From an uncultured Desulfatitalea sp. (GTDB lineage: Bacteria; Desulfobacterota; Desulfobacteria; Desulfobacterales; Desulfosarcinaceae), in NCBI GenBank assembly GCA_963668675.2, contig CAXXMB010000002.1:928001-992000 (forward strand): a DNA stretch of 64,000 bases. Direction: 5' to 3'. The position numbers were made by a program, and so were the translations under genes. This document shows, in pieces, positions 17,517 to 28,169 of this stretch. How positions within the stretch are numbered: the first letter of the stretch is position 1; each line of letters opens with the position of its first letter. The notes under the pieces are model-generated. The model made no database searches, was not told where the DNA came from, and worked only from the letters and a program-made list of their open reading frames with translations.

Positions 17517-18281
17517 ATGGAATTGGGCTTGACGGGCAAAACCGCACTGGTGACCGGCGGCTCCAAAGGCATCGGACGCGCCGTGGCCGAAACACTGGCC
17601 GCCGAAGGCTGCGCACTTCATCTGGCTGCCAGAGGAGAAGCAGCGCTGCAACAGGTAAAAGAGAAGATCGAAGCGCAATACGATCTTCCCGTGACCATCC
17701 ATCCGGTGGACCTGAGCAGCGGCGATCAGGCCCGATCCCTTGCAGAGACCTGCGCCGACATCGACATACTGGTCAACAACGCCGGGGCCATCCCCCGAGG
17801 CGACCTGTGGCAGATAGAGGAGCCTCAATGGCGCGAAGCGTGGGACCTGAAGGTGTTCGGCTACATCAATTTGACCCGTGCCGTCTACGCCCGGATGCGC
17901 TCCCAGGGCAGAGGCGTTATCGTCAATGTGATCGGTGCCGCCGGCCAGAGGCCCCTGCCCGATTACATTACCGGCGGCACCGGCAATGCCGCTCTGATGG
18001 CCTTCACCCGAGCGCTCGGCGGCAAGAGCCTTCGGGACGGAATCCGGGTCGTTGCCATCAATCCCGGCTTGATCAAAACCGACCGGCTGAAAAAACTCCT
18101 CGGAAGTATTGCCCAAAAAAAGTTCAATGATCCTTCCCGCTGGGAAGAGTTGATGCCGACCAGTCCGCCTCCGGGGGAACCCGAAGACATCGCCCGCACG
18201 GTTGCTTTTCTCGCCTCGGATTGCTCCAAATTCACCACCGGTACGGTGGTGACCATCGACGGGGGATATGCAGCGACGTGA
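17517..18281 (+). CDS. SDR family oxidoreductase
   Basis: TGGSKGIG, LVNNAG, TIDGG. The catalytic YxxxK motif is atypical (YITGG). Confidence 0.88.
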   Translation: MELGLTGKTALVTGGSKGIGRAVAETLAAEGCALHLAARGEAALQQVKEKIEAQYDLPVTIHPVDLSSGDQARSLAETCADIDILVNNAGAIPRGDLWQIEEPQWREAWDLKVFGYINLTRAVYARMRSQGRGVIVNVIGAAGQRPLPDYITGGTGNAALMAFTRALGGKSLRDGIRVVAINPGLIKTDRLKKLLGSIAQKKFNDPSRWEELMPTSPPPGEPEDIARTVAFLASDCSKFTTGTVVTIDGGYAAT

Positions 18282-18408
18282 GGAAAAGGAGGCTTCGTGC
18301 ACAACCCACGGTCCGCCAGGTATCATGCACCGAACTGGCGGCCGTTGGTGCGCATTTGTTCCTGCAGTGGGATCTTATTCAAATTTCTGATTGAAGGGAG
18401 GAAGTACG

Positions 18409-19914
18409 ATGAACCTTGCAGAGCTGCCCCAAAGAGAGATCGAGCGGTTTGGAGAACATGTTTCGGTCATCTTCAACGACCGGGAATTCACCAACGTCCA
18501 AATGCGCCAGATGGCACGCAAGCTCGCCAACGCATTGAAAAAACTTGGCATAGAAAAAGGCGACCGGGTCATCATCCAGATGCCCAACTGCCCCGAGGTC
18601 TACCTGAGCTTCCAGGCCGTCTACACATTGGGAGCTGTGACCGTACCGATCAACTTCATGGTAGGCGACGCGGAAACCGCCTACATCTATAAGGATACCG
18701 GCGCCAAAGCGGTCATCAGCAGCAGTATCTTCCTACCCAAAATCGAGGCCTGCCGCAAAGAGGCCCCTTCAGTCGAACACGTGATCCTTACCGAACGCGA
18801 TGCGCCCGTGGGCACCCTCTCCTTCCACGACCTGGTCGAGGCCAACAGCGACGAAATCGAAATGGTGCAGACCGCAGATGATGACCTGGCCGCCCTGATC
18901 TACACCGCCGGCACCACCGGTATGCCCAAGGGGGTCATGCACACCCACCACAGCCTCTACATCAATGCCGTCATGCAGCACGACACGGTCGGCTTGCCAT
19001 CGGGCCTGACCAGCGTCAACGTGCTGCCCCTGTGCCACTCCTACGGCATCGCCAGCCTCAACTACGGCCACATCGTCGGCGGCGGCAAAACCATCGTCCT
19101 GCCAGCCATCGACATCGACGCCATCTTTGCCACCATCGAAAAGTACAAGGCCGACATCATGGCGGCCGTACCCACCCTCTATGTCTACATGCTGATGCAT
19201 CCCGATCCCAAGAAATACGATCTGAGTTCGATGAAGTATTGGATATCGGGGTCGGCGCCGCTCACCCTCGACACCTGGCAGCGCTTCAAGGAGATGTTCG
19301 GCATCGAAATCACCGAAGGGTGGGGTTTGACCGAAGCCGGCGCCAACAATTCCGCCAACCCGTTCGACGGCGTCAAGAAGATCGGCTCGATCGGTCTCCC
19401 CATGAAGGGGACCAAGATGAAAGTGGTCGACGACCAGGGCAACGAGGTGCCCACCGGGCAGCAAGGCGAAATCCTCATCGCCGGCCCCCAGATCATGAAA
19501 GGTTACTGGAACAAGCCCGAGGAGACCGCCAAGGCGATCAAAGACGGCTGGCTCTATACTGGTGATGTGGGCTATAAAGACGAGGACGGCTACTTCTTCA
19601 TCACCGAACGCAAAAAAGACCTCATCATCAAAGGCGGCGAAAACATCGCCCCGCGCGAAATCGAAGAGGTGCTCTACAGCCATCCGTGCGTTAACGAGGC
19701 AGCCGTGGTCGGCATGCCCGACGAGGTCTACGGTGAAGAGATCAAGGCCTTCGTCGTGCTGGCGCCCGAAAAAACCGCCACTGCCGAAGAGTTGATCGAA
19801 TACTGCCAGGGTAAACTGAAGCGCTTCAAATCGCCCAAAGAGATCGTCTTTCTCGATGCCCTGCCCAAGAGCCTGGTGGGCAAGATCCTGCGCAAAGAGT
19901 TGAGAAAGATGTAA
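18409..19914 (+). CDS. Long-chain fatty acid-CoA ligase (AMP-forming)
   Basis: YTAGTTGMPKG, EGWGLTE, LYTGD, A10 motif LPKSLVGKILR. Confidence 0.93.
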   Translation: MNLAELPQREIERFGEHVSVIFNDREFTNVQMRQMARKLANALKKLGIEKGDRVIIQMPNCPEVYLSFQAVYTLGAVTVPINFMVGDAETAYIYKDTGAKAVISSSIFLPKIEACRKEAPSVEHVILTERDAPVGTLSFHDLVEANSDEIEMVQTADDDLAALIYTAGTTGMPKGVMHTHHSLYINAVMQHDTVGLPSGLTSVNVLPLCHSYGIASLNYGHIVGGGKTIVLPAIDIDAIFATIEKYKADIMAAVPTLYVYMLMHPDPKKYDLSSMKYWISGSAPLTLDTWQRFKEMFGIEITEGWGLTEAGANNSANPFDGVKKIGSIGLPMKGTKMKVVDDQGNEVPTGQQGEILIAGPQIMKGYWNKPEETAKAIKDGWLYTGDVGYKDEDGYFFITERKKDLIIKGGENIAPREIEEVLYSHPCVNEAAVVGMPDEVYGEEIKAFVVLAPEKTATAEELIEYCQGKLKRFKSPKEIVFLDALPKSLVGKILRKELRKM

Positions 19915-19942
19915 CCGTATCAGGACCTTTTTTCCCGGGAAT

Positions 19943-19988
19943 AACCGTACCCGCAATCGGCATCCCATGTTCGATTGCGGGTACGGTT
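19943..19988. terminator. Long hairpin between convergent genes
   Basis: AACCGTACCCGCAATCG...CGATTGCGGGTACGGTT, 17-bp perfect inverted repeat. Confidence 0.7.
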
Positions 19989-20051
19989 GATACCATCGGC
20001 AAAACGCGTCACGTTAAATCATCATCACGATATAAGGATTTCGATACCGTT

Positions 20052-21170
20052 TTAAACAAATTTTGCCTTCCAGCGCTTCATCTTCTCCGCAGGCCAAGCC
20101 ACACAAAATGCAGGCCGGCCTTTCATGACCATCTGCATACAGGCCTCGCCGCAGTCTGGGCTGCAATGGATAATGTCAGCATCCCGCCCGTCGTAGACCT
20201 TTTCCAGCCACTGCGGGTCAGCCCAGAGGACGCGCGCCAGTCCGATCAGGTCGGTCTTCCCCTCGGCGATGGCTTGGTCTGCAATCGCTCCTGTAGCTAA
20301 ACGACCGGCGGCGATAATCGGCACGTCCACCTTTGCACGAACCGCAGCGGCCAGATCGAGCATGTAGCCCTCCTGTTTGGATTTTTCCACGATTTCAGGC
20401 AGGGAGAAGGATTCATACGTGCCGCCCATGACGGAAATGTAGGCAATGCCAGCTTGAGCCAAGCTACTGGCGAATCGAACCGACTCTTCCAGCTGCAAGC
20501 CGTCAGGAAGCCATTCGTCGGATAGGAACCTGTACCCTACCGGAAAAGGATCCACCATCTCTTTGACCCGCGACAGCACATCCATGGCAAATCGCTGACG
20601 ATTTTCGAGAGTACCCCCATACGTATCGTTGCGCTTGTTGGTCCGCGGGGAGAGAAATTGCGCCAGCAGATAACCGGTGCCGCCATGCAATTCCACCATA
20701 TCGAATCCCGCCCTTTTTGCCCTGGCAGCGGCGTTCGCATATTTGTCGATGATAGACTCGATCTCTGCCTTTTCCAATGCTCTGGGCATCCGGCCGAATG
20801 TATCCACCGCAGAGGGCGCCAGCGGCTCTTTAGCTGCATGGGCAAAGCGGCCGGCGTGGTTAATCTGCAGACAGGCCAGCGCGCCCTCTTTTTTGATGGC
20901 TGAGGCAAGCCGCTTCAATCCGTCAAGGTTGTCATCGGTGTCCGCCCGCAGGGTTCGGTTGGAACCGCTGCCGACAGGATGATCCACCGATGCATTTTCA
21001 ACCACGACCATTGCCACGCCGCTGCTGGCCATCAGCCGGTAATGCTCCAGCAGCATATCGCTAACCGTACCGCCTTCACCGGCATAGCCCAGGTAGAGCG
21101 GTGCCATGGTAAGACGGTTTTTCAAGTTCAAGCCCTCTATGGTGATTTCAGAAAACAGATGTTTGTACAT
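20052..21170 (-). CDS. NADH:flavin oxidoreductase (Old Yellow Enzyme family)
   Basis: LKNRLTMAP, QINHAGR, GFDMVELHG..GYLLAQFLSP, RNDTYGG, plus a C-terminal Cys cluster. Confidence 0.92.
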   Translation of the reverse strand: MYKHLFSEITIEGLNLKNRLTMAPLYLGYAGEGGTVSDMLLEHYRLMASSGVAMVVVENASVDHPVGSGSNRTLRADTDDNLDGLKRLASAIKKEGALACLQINHAGRFAHAAKEPLAPSAVDTFGRMPRALEKAEIESIIDKYANAAARAKRAGFDMVELHGGTGYLLAQFLSPRTNKRNDTYGGTLENRQRFAMDVLSRVKEMVDPFPVGYRFLSDEWLPDGLQLEESVRFASSLAQAGIAYISVMGGTYESFSLPEIVEKSKQEGYMLDLAAAVRAKVDVPIIAAGRLATGAIADQAIAEGKTDLIGLARVLWADPQWLEKVYDGRDADIIHCSPDCGEACMQMVMKGRPAFCVAWPAEKMKRWKAKFV

Positions 21171-21425
21171 AAGGTATCCTCCCCTTTAGCTTAGTGACTT
21201 CTGAATCATATGAGGTAACACCTAAAGTATATCCATTCTATGAAAAGAGTTACAAGAGCTTACCGGAATTTGGGCTCAGCAGCAATTCCCGGTGAACCCG
21301 CTGGAAATATACAAGACAGATAAACGGAGGCAGGGCCAGTGGGTGGCCTGCACCTTGCATTTTTCAAAGAGTTCCATCTTTATCGTTTTATTACGATCCA
21401 AAACACTGGCGTCATTCCAGCGGTC

Positions 21426-23051
21426 ATGATATCCCCCTCTTCCATGAACAATATAAAAATTGCCCTGATCGCCCCCCCCTACCCTCTCGAAGAGGCCCCG
21501 TCGCCGCCGCTGGGGCTATGTTACGTTGCAGCCGCCTGCGAGGCCGCCGGTGCGCAGGTCATCATTCTCGACTATATCGTCAGCAAGTACTCGCCCGAAA
21601 AGCTCCGGACCTCCCTGGACGACTTCAGGCCCGATGTGATAGGCGCCACCTCGGTCACCATGAACTTTCCCAAGGCGATCGACATCATCCGGGATGCCAA
21701 GGCGCATATGCCGGAGGCCATCACCATGATGGGCGGCCCACACGTCTCCTTCGACGTGGAGAACACCCTGGAGAGCCATCCGGAGCTTGATCTGATTGTG
21801 ATCGGAGAGGCCGAGCAGACCCTGCATGAGTTGATTCCGGTGATCCGGTCCCGCAGCCGGTGGCCACAAATTGCCGGCATCGCGTATTGTGGCACTGATC
21901 GGGTGGTGCGTACGCCCGAGCGGCCGCTGATCGTTGATCTGGACACCCTGCCCAAACCGGCCCGCCATCTGCTGCCCATGTCCCGCTACCAGGCGCTGGG
22001 ATTTCCGGTGAGCGTCATCACCAGCCGCGGCTGCCCCAACCGGTGCATCTTCTGCCTGGGACGCCGCATGGTCGGTAATAAACCGCGCTTCCGAAGCCCC
22101 GAAATGGTGGTGGATGAGATCGAAGGTTTGCTGGCCGAGGGTATGACCATCATCAACGTGGCCGACGACCTGTTCACGGCCAACCGCGGCCGGGTGCACG
22201 CCTTGTGTGAGGAGATCCAACGACGCGGCCTCGACTTTATCTGGAGTGTCTTCGCCCGGGTCAACACGGTCGATTTAGATCTGCTCAAGGCCATGCGGGC
22301 AGCCGGATGTTACAGCATCAGCTTCGGCATCGAATCGGGCAACACCCGGATGCTCAAGCGGGTAAGAAAGGGCATCACCCTCGAACAGGCCCGCCAGGCA
22401 GTTGCATGGAGTAAAGAGGCCGGGTTGCGCACCCACGCCTCGTTCATGGTGGGTCTGCCCGGCGAATCGATGGAGACATTGTCAGAGACCCGCCGCTTTG
22501 CCGAATCGCTGGGAATCGAGTACGGGTTTCACTTCCTCTCCCCCTTCCCCGGCACCACGGTCCGGGAGGCGATCGATCAGTATGATCTGGAAATCCTCAC
22601 CGATGATTGGACGCTTTACGACGCCAACCAAGCCATCGTACGCACCGAAGCGCTGACGCCCGAGCAGATGAATGATTTCGTAAATGTCGCGTGTCGAAAA
22701 CAGATAGAGGAGAGAGACGCCGTCGAGAGCAGATACCTCCAGGGCAACTGTTCCAAGGATGAGTACATGGCCTTTGAGGGCTACTATCGCATGAAACTGG
22801 CCTACGAGATTCTATCTGCAGATATTATAAACGAAAAAGACATATTGCCCGCCGACCCATTCAACCCTACCGCCTCCCTGGTGGCACACGTTGCTCAAAC
22901 CACCCGCATGGACAAGGGCTTGGTGGAGCGCTCGATCAATAGTTTCCTCGAGCGTGGTTTCATCAACTATCGGAAAGCCACTGAGGGGATACAGTGGTTC
23001 TGGACCAGTCATTGCAGCCCCGAGATCCCCGCTTCGCAAAACCAACCCTGA
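21426..23051 (+). CDS. B12-binding domain radical SAM protein
   Basis: PPLGLCYVA, GGPHVS, TSRGCPNRCIFC (CX3CX2C), GIESG. Start is 21426 or 21444. Confidence 0.9.
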   Translation: MISPSSMNNIKIALIAPPYPLEEAPSPPLGLCYVAAACEAAGAQVIILDYIVSKYSPEKLRTSLDDFRPDVIGATSVTMNFPKAIDIIRDAKAHMPEAITMMGGPHVSFDVENTLESHPELDLIVIGEAEQTLHELIPVIRSRSRWPQIAGIAYCGTDRVVRTPERPLIVDLDTLPKPARHLLPMSRYQALGFPVSVITSRGCPNRCIFCLGRRMVGNKPRFRSPEMVVDEIEGLLAEGMTIINVADDLFTANRGRVHALCEEIQRRGLDFIWSVFARVNTVDLDLLKAMRAAGCYSISFGIESGNTRMLKRVRKGITLEQARQAVAWSKEAGLRTHASFMVGLPGESMETLSETRRFAESLGIEYGFHFLSPFPGTTVREAIDQYDLEILTDDWTLYDANQAIVRTEALTPEQMNDFVNVACRKQIEERDAVESRYLQGNCSKDEYMAFEGYYRMKLAYEILSADIINEKDILPADPFNPTASLVAHVAQTTRMDKGLVERSINSFLERGFINYRKATEGIQWFWTSHCSPEIPASQNQP

Positions 23052-23097
23052 TCAACACCGGCACAGACTGCATCTGCCGTGTCTCGACGGACTCAGG

Positions 23098-24210
23098 TCA
23101 CGCCAGGGCCCTCTCGATCTCTTCCCCAACCATTGCCGAAGACGTTTCTTGCAACGCTGCAAGCTGCTCCCGGGCCATGCGGCCGCCGATGCGCCCCAGG
23201 GCCCAGGCGGCCATGGCCCGAACCCGCTCGTCCGGGTTGTTGCGACAGGCGACTGCAAGATCCTTGACGTAACCCTCGTCGCGGGTGTTGCCCATGGCCC
23301 GGGCGGCATTCATCTGCCAGCGCCAGATCTCTTCTGAAGGCATGTAGAACATGTGGGGCCAAATGTGGTCTTTAAAATAGGTCTCGTCCATGGCCAGCAG
23401 CCGTTCCAGTCGAAAATATTTTTCCTTGGCTGCCACTTTCGGATTCATGGGCAGCTCCTCGGCCAGCCAGGCTGCATTGCGCGGGCAGACGTTCTGGCAG
23501 CGATCGCATCCATAGACATACAGCCCCATGGGCTCGCGCAGCTCCAGGGGCGTCAGGCCCTCTCCATAGTAACTCAAGTAGGAGATGCAGCGCAGCGGAT
23601 CGATGGTGCCATCTCCTTTGAGCGCCCGGGTGGGACAGGCGGCGATACAGACGTTGCGGCACCAGTCGGGGCAATCTTTGCGGATGGTGGGCGCATCCGG
23701 TTCAAACGCGTGATCCACCACCACGGTAATGGGAATCACCCACGAACTTTGGCGGGCCGCCTTGCGTGAATAGAAGAGGCAGTTTTTGCCGAATGTCCCC
23801 AGACCGGCCCGGGCCGCAGCCATGCGGTGGGGCAGGTTGAACGGCACCTTGGAGTCGATGCCGTTGTCGCGCAGATAGCTTCGAAACGCTTTGATCCGCA
23901 CCGCCAGCCCATCCTTGGTAACCCGGTCGTCATCCAGGTAGCAGCGGCCGAAGTGGCCCTCCATGAACCTCGGGTTGGCCATCTTGAAATAGGCCTCCAT
24001 CACCACGATGATCGTTTCGGCCCCGGGCATGACACGTTTCGGATCGGTACCCTGAAGCAACGAAAACCCATTGGTCTCGACCCATCCGTAGGCCTGCTGC
24101 CGATCCTCCAAGAAGGCCCGGTGGGCCTCGAACGGTTCGGCCGAAGTAAAACCGATGTCCTCAAAACCACACGCCAACGCCTTGGCGATCACATCCTCTT
24201 TGGAAATCAT
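23098..24210 (-). CDS. queG: Epoxyqueuosine reductase QueG-like protein with C-terminal HEAT repeat
   Basis: AARAGLGTFGKN, C..C...CIAACPT, RCISY, GCDRCQNVCP, AAWALGRIG. Confidence 0.75.
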   Translation of the reverse strand: MISKEDVIAKALACGFEDIGFTSAEPFEAHRAFLEDRQQAYGWVETNGFSLLQGTDPKRVMPGAETIIVVMEAYFKMANPRFMEGHFGRCYLDDDRVTKDGLAVRIKAFRSYLRDNGIDSKVPFNLPHRMAAARAGLGTFGKNCLFYSRKAARQSSWVIPITVVVDHAFEPDAPTIRKDCPDWCRNVCIAACPTRALKGDGTIDPLRCISYLSYYGEGLTPLELREPMGLYVYGCDRCQNVCPRNAAWLAEELPMNPKVAAKEKYFRLERLLAMDETYFKDHIWPHMFYMPSEEIWRWQMNAARAMGNTRDEGYVKDLAVACRNNPDERVRAMAAWALGRIGGRMAREQLAALQETSSAMVGEEIERALA

Positions 24211-24325
24211 CTCAGCTCCTTTCCGGTGAACAGCTAACTGCGTTTACATGGTGTAATACCTCGCTTCGCAGGGAGTGGAAAGTATAAAGTGAGTCGTCAT
24301 CCCCATTTGCGAATGCGGATGCAAC

Positions 24326-24418
24326 GGGCGGGCGTAAAGCCCTCCCCTACAACGTCTGGGTATACATACAGCCGGCAAATGGAGGCGGCTCTCGTAGGAG
24401 CGGGCTTTTCGCCTTTCG
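24326..24418. repeat. Inverted pair of GTAG-type REP-like units
   Basis: 24326-24350 reads GTAGGGGAGGGCTTTACGCCCGCCC on the minus strand; 24394-24418 reads GTAGGAGCGGGCTTTTCGCCTTTCG on the plus strand. Confidence 0.55.
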
Positions 24419-24543
24419 AGCGCAAATAGGCTTATGCCTGGATGCTTGAAAATATCAGGGGCTCATGTATGATCCATCATCCTCTTATTTTATGAAGCGA
24501 TAGACTCACGTATGAAGGGGAGCGGTTGAAAGAGAGATCCAAC

Positions 24544-26340
24544 ATGCCGATCGACAGTGCCGCCATCTCCCGCCAAAGCTTGCGCTGGCTTTTCAACCAG
24601 GCCAGGTCGGCAGCGGCCTGGATCTGCCTCTCCGTGGGCTTGGGAATCGCCGGTGGCCTGCTGTTGATCGTGCAGGCCGGATGCCTGGCACGCATCATCC
24701 ACCAGGTGGCCATCGATGGCATAACGAGGGAGCATATGGTTCCCTTGTTCATCGTGCTGATAAGCGCCGTTATCGCCAGGGCCGCTCTCCACTGGGGACG
24801 CGAAATGGCAGGCTTCAGGGCCGGTGCGCTCATAAGGGAAAAGGTGCGCATGGTGGTCATCGAGCACATCACGCGCCTCGGTCCAGGCTATATGGCCGAC
24901 CGGGCCAGCGGTGCCTTGGCCAGTACGATCATCGAGCAGGTGGAGGGCCTGGAGGGTTTCTTTGCCCGCTACCTGCCCCAGATGGCTCTGGCCGTATCGA
25001 TTCCCCTGGCCATGCTCTCTTTCGTCTTTCCCATCAGTTGGGCCGCCGGCGCTCTTCTACTGGGAACGGCGCCATTGATCCCCCTGTTTATGATGCTCAT
25101 CGGCATGGGCGCCCAGAGCATCAGCCAACGCTATTTTACAGCCCTCTCCCGCCTGAGTGCCCACTTCCTGGACGTCCTGCAGGGATTGGCAACCCTCAAG
25201 CTGTTCGACCGCAGCCGTCCGGAAGAGAAGCGCGTGGCCGAAACATCCGCCGCCTATCGAATTCAGACCATGCGCGTGCTTCGGGTGGCCTTTCTATCAT
25301 CCGCCGTGCTGGAATTCTTCACCTCTGTCGCCATCGCCCTTGTGGCAGTCTATCTCGGGATGACCTTTCTCGGCTACTATGACTTCGGCACATGGGGAAG
25401 CCCGCTAACCCTCTCCGGCGGCCTGTTCATTCTGCTGCTGGCACCCGACTTCTACCTGCCTCTGCGTGAACTGGGTATCCACTACCATACCCGCGCCGAA
25501 GCCATGGGGGCAGCCGCGGAGATTATAAAAGTCCTGAAAACCCCACTGCCCCCGCAACACAGTTGCGCACGTGGCCATATTGCCCTTGGGGCCCTCGGGT
25601 TATCCATCGAAGAGCTGCACCTAACGTATCAAAAGGGGCAGCGACGAGCGCTTGCCGGCGTCAACCTGAGCATTGCTCCCGGCGAGCATATTGCCGTGGT
25701 TGGAGAGAGCGGCGCAGGGAAAACATCTCTGCTGAACGCAATCCTCGGGTTTGTCACCCCCGCCCGGGGAAAAATCAGCGTCAACGACATCTCACTGGCC
25801 GACCTGGCTGCCGACCGTCGAAACGACTGCTTTGCCTGGATCGGCCAGGATCCGATCCTGTTCCATGGGACGATCCGGGAGAACATTCTCATGGGACACC
25901 GGGAGGCCGATGAGGCCGAGGTGCGCGACGCAGCCGATGCGGCCGGCGTTTCAGCGTTTACACATCGGCTGCCTGCGGGGCTGGAGACCCGCGTCGGTGA
26001 GCAGGGCTACGGCCTTTCGCGGGGAGAGGCCCAGCGGGTTGCCCTTGCCAGGGCCTGGCTGAAAAATGCCCCGATCCTGCTTCTGGATGAGCCCACCGCC
26101 GGCCTCGATCGAAAAAACGAACAACGGGTGATGTCAGCACTGCAGCGCCTGACCAAAGAGCGCACCGTGCTGATGATGACCCACCGGCTCTCCGGCCTTC
26201 GGCAGGCAGACCGCATTGCCGTGATGGAGGGAGGCGAAATCGTGGCGTGCGACACCTACGACAGGTTGATGGCCAACCACGGTGCGTTGCACCGGCTGGT
26301 CAACCGGGGCGAAGGAGACATTGATGCATCAACGCCATGA
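24544..26340 (+). CDS. cydD: Thiol-reductant/heme ABC exporter subunit CydD
   Basis: RYLPQ, VLRVAFLSSAVLEFF, LAPDFYLPLRELG..YH, Walker A GESGAGKT. Lies upstream of cydAB. Confidence 0.92.
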   Translation: MPIDSAAISRQSLRWLFNQARSAAAWICLSVGLGIAGGLLLIVQAGCLARIIHQVAIDGITREHMVPLFIVLISAVIARAALHWGREMAGFRAGALIREKVRMVVIEHITRLGPGYMADRASGALASTIIEQVEGLEGFFARYLPQMALAVSIPLAMLSFVFPISWAAGALLLGTAPLIPLFMMLIGMGAQSISQRYFTALSRLSAHFLDVLQGLATLKLFDRSRPEEKRVAETSAAYRIQTMRVLRVAFLSSAVLEFFTSVAIALVAVYLGMTFLGYYDFGTWGSPLTLSGGLFILLLAPDFYLPLRELGIHYHTRAEAMGAAAEIIKVLKTPLPPQHSCARGHIALGALGLSIEELHLTYQKGQRRALAGVNLSIAPGEHIAVVGESGAGKTSLLNAILGFVTPARGKISVNDISLADLAADRRNDCFAWIGQDPILFHGTIRENILMGHREADEAEVRDAADAAGVSAFTHRLPAGLETRVGEQGYGLSRGEAQRVALARAWLKNAPILLLDEPTAGLDRKNEQRVMSALQRLTKERTVLMMTHRLSGLRQADRIAVMEGGEIVACDTYDRLMANHGALHRLVNRGEGDIDASTP

Positions 26341-28072
26341 GTTACGCCCCTTCGTGCGCCGCTTTCTCGCCTTCAAAAGCAGGATGGCCCTGGGGGCGGT
26401 ACTGGGCCTGCTGGCTGTGCTGGCCGTCATTGGACTGCTGTCGCTGGCCGGGTGGTTCCTGACCGCAGCCGCAGTTGCCGGTCTGACCGCTGCAGGCGCG
26501 GCTAGCTTCAACTTTTTCATTCCCAGCGTCGGCGTAAGGGTGTTCGCCTTCGTGCGGACACTGGCACGATATGGGGAGCGGGTCTATAGCCACGAGGCCA
26601 CTTTTCACATCCTGGAGATGCTTCGAACCTGGTTCTTCAGACGCATCGAACCCTTGGTGCCGGCGGTGCTGTCGAAGCATCGCAGCGGCGACATCCTCAA
26701 CCGCATGGTCGAGGATGTCGACACCCTGGACAATCTCTACCTGCGCGTTCTCTCACCGACAGCAACTGCGGTCATCATCGCGTTTACCGTCGGAACGCTT
26801 CTGTGGCTCCTCGATCCGCTGATGGCGATGGCGGCTGCGGTCATGTGGGCTCTGGCCGGCACCATTCCCTTCGCCACCGCCCAGTTGGGCAAGCCACTGG
26901 GCATCGAATCGGCGCGGCTCTCCGCCGCCTTAAAATCAAGCACCGTGGCCTACCTCCAGGGCCTGTCCGAGATACGGGTCTATGATGCCGATGGGCACCA
27001 CCTGGAGGCCATCCGAAAGGAGACCCGGATGCTGCTGGCGGTCCAGGCGCGCATGGGCAACGTGAAGGGCATCTCGGCCGCACTGCTTTCACTGCTCTCC
27101 GGCCTCTCGGCTGCGCTGATCCTCTATGTCGGCGTGGCCAGTTGCCATGCCGGCAGACTGAATGGTGCCGGATTGACCCTGGCGACCCTGGCGGTGCTGG
27201 CCTCCTTCGACGCCGTCTGGCCCCTGCCCAACGCGTTTCTCTACCTGGCCCGGACGCGGGAAGCTGCCCGACGGCTGCTCGAATTGACCGAGGCCGATCC
27301 GCCGGTGGCCTTCCCCGGGACCACGCCATCGGCTCCCGAAGCATTTGACCTGACCCTGGAAGATATCCGTCTCGCCTATAACCCGACGTCTCAGCCGGCC
27401 CTGGACGGCATCAATCTGGAGATCGCCGCTGGAGAGCGTGTGGCGATCCTGGGTGCCTCAGGTTCGGGTAAAAGCAGCCTGGTCCATTTGATGGCGCGAT
27501 TCTGGGATCCCGATAAAGGTCGCATTCGCATCGGCGGTGTGAATCTGAACACGCTCAGTGAACCGGACCTGCGGCGCTGGATCTGCGTTATCTCCCAGAA
27601 GGCGCACATCTTCAACGCTTCGGTGGGCGACAATCTGAGGATCGCCGGTCCGGATGCTTCGGATGCGGAGTTGCGGGAAGCGATGGCTGCGGCGGGTCTG
27701 CATGATTTTCTAACCGATCTGCCCGACGGCCTGAACACCTGGATCGGAGAGAGCGGCAAACGCATTTCCGGCGGTCAAGCCAGGCGTTTGGCCGTTGCCC
27801 GGGCTTTTTTGCGCGATGCGCCCATATGGATTCTGGATGAACCCACCGAGGGGCTCGACCGCATCACGGCCCGAATGCTGACCGATGAGATCCTGCGCCG
27901 CACTGCCGGAAGAACCGTCCTGTGGATCACCCATCGCCAGGTGGAGGCGGCCCGAATGGATCGGATCGTCCTGCTTGAAGAGGGCCGGGTGATCGCCCAG
28001 GGGGACCACCATGCACTGAAGGAAAAAAATCAATGCTATAGGGACTTGATATTCGAGGGGGTTTTATCGTAG
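26324..28072 (+). CDS. cydC: ABC exporter subunit CydC
   Basis: GLLSLAGWFL, RTLARYGERVYSHEATF, DVDTLDNLYLR, GASGSGKS, SGGQARR. Confidence 0.92.
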   Translation: MHQRHELRPFVRRFLAFKSRMALGAVLGLLAVLAVIGLLSLAGWFLTAAAVAGLTAAGAASFNFFIPSVGVRVFAFVRTLARYGERVYSHEATFHILEMLRTWFFRRIEPLVPAVLSKHRSGDILNRMVEDVDTLDNLYLRVLSPTATAVIIAFTVGTLLWLLDPLMAMAAAVMWALAGTIPFATAQLGKPLGIESARLSAALKSSTVAYLQGLSEIRVYDADGHHLEAIRKETRMLLAVQARMGNVKGISAALLSLLSGLSAALILYVGVASCHAGRLNGAGLTLATLAVLASFDAVWPLPNAFLYLARTREAARRLLELTEADPPVAFPGTTPSAPEAFDLTLEDIRLAYNPTSQPALDGINLEIAAGERVAILGASGSGKSSLVHLMARFWDPDKGRIRIGGVNLNTLSEPDLRRWICVISQKAHIFNASVGDNLRIAGPDASDAELREAMAAAGLHDFLTDLPDGLNTWIGESGKRISGGQARRLAVARAFLRDAPIWILDEPTEGLDRITARMLTDEILRRTAGRTVLWITHRQVEAARMDRIVLLEEGRVIAQGDHHALKEKNQCYRDLIFEGVLS

Positions 28073-28169
28073 CATGTGTCTCGGCATATCGATTTTGTGA
28101 GACAGTACCGAAGCATAAGGGTTCGAGCAAACGACCAACAATACCAGCACAATTAAAAAAGGATCGCTT

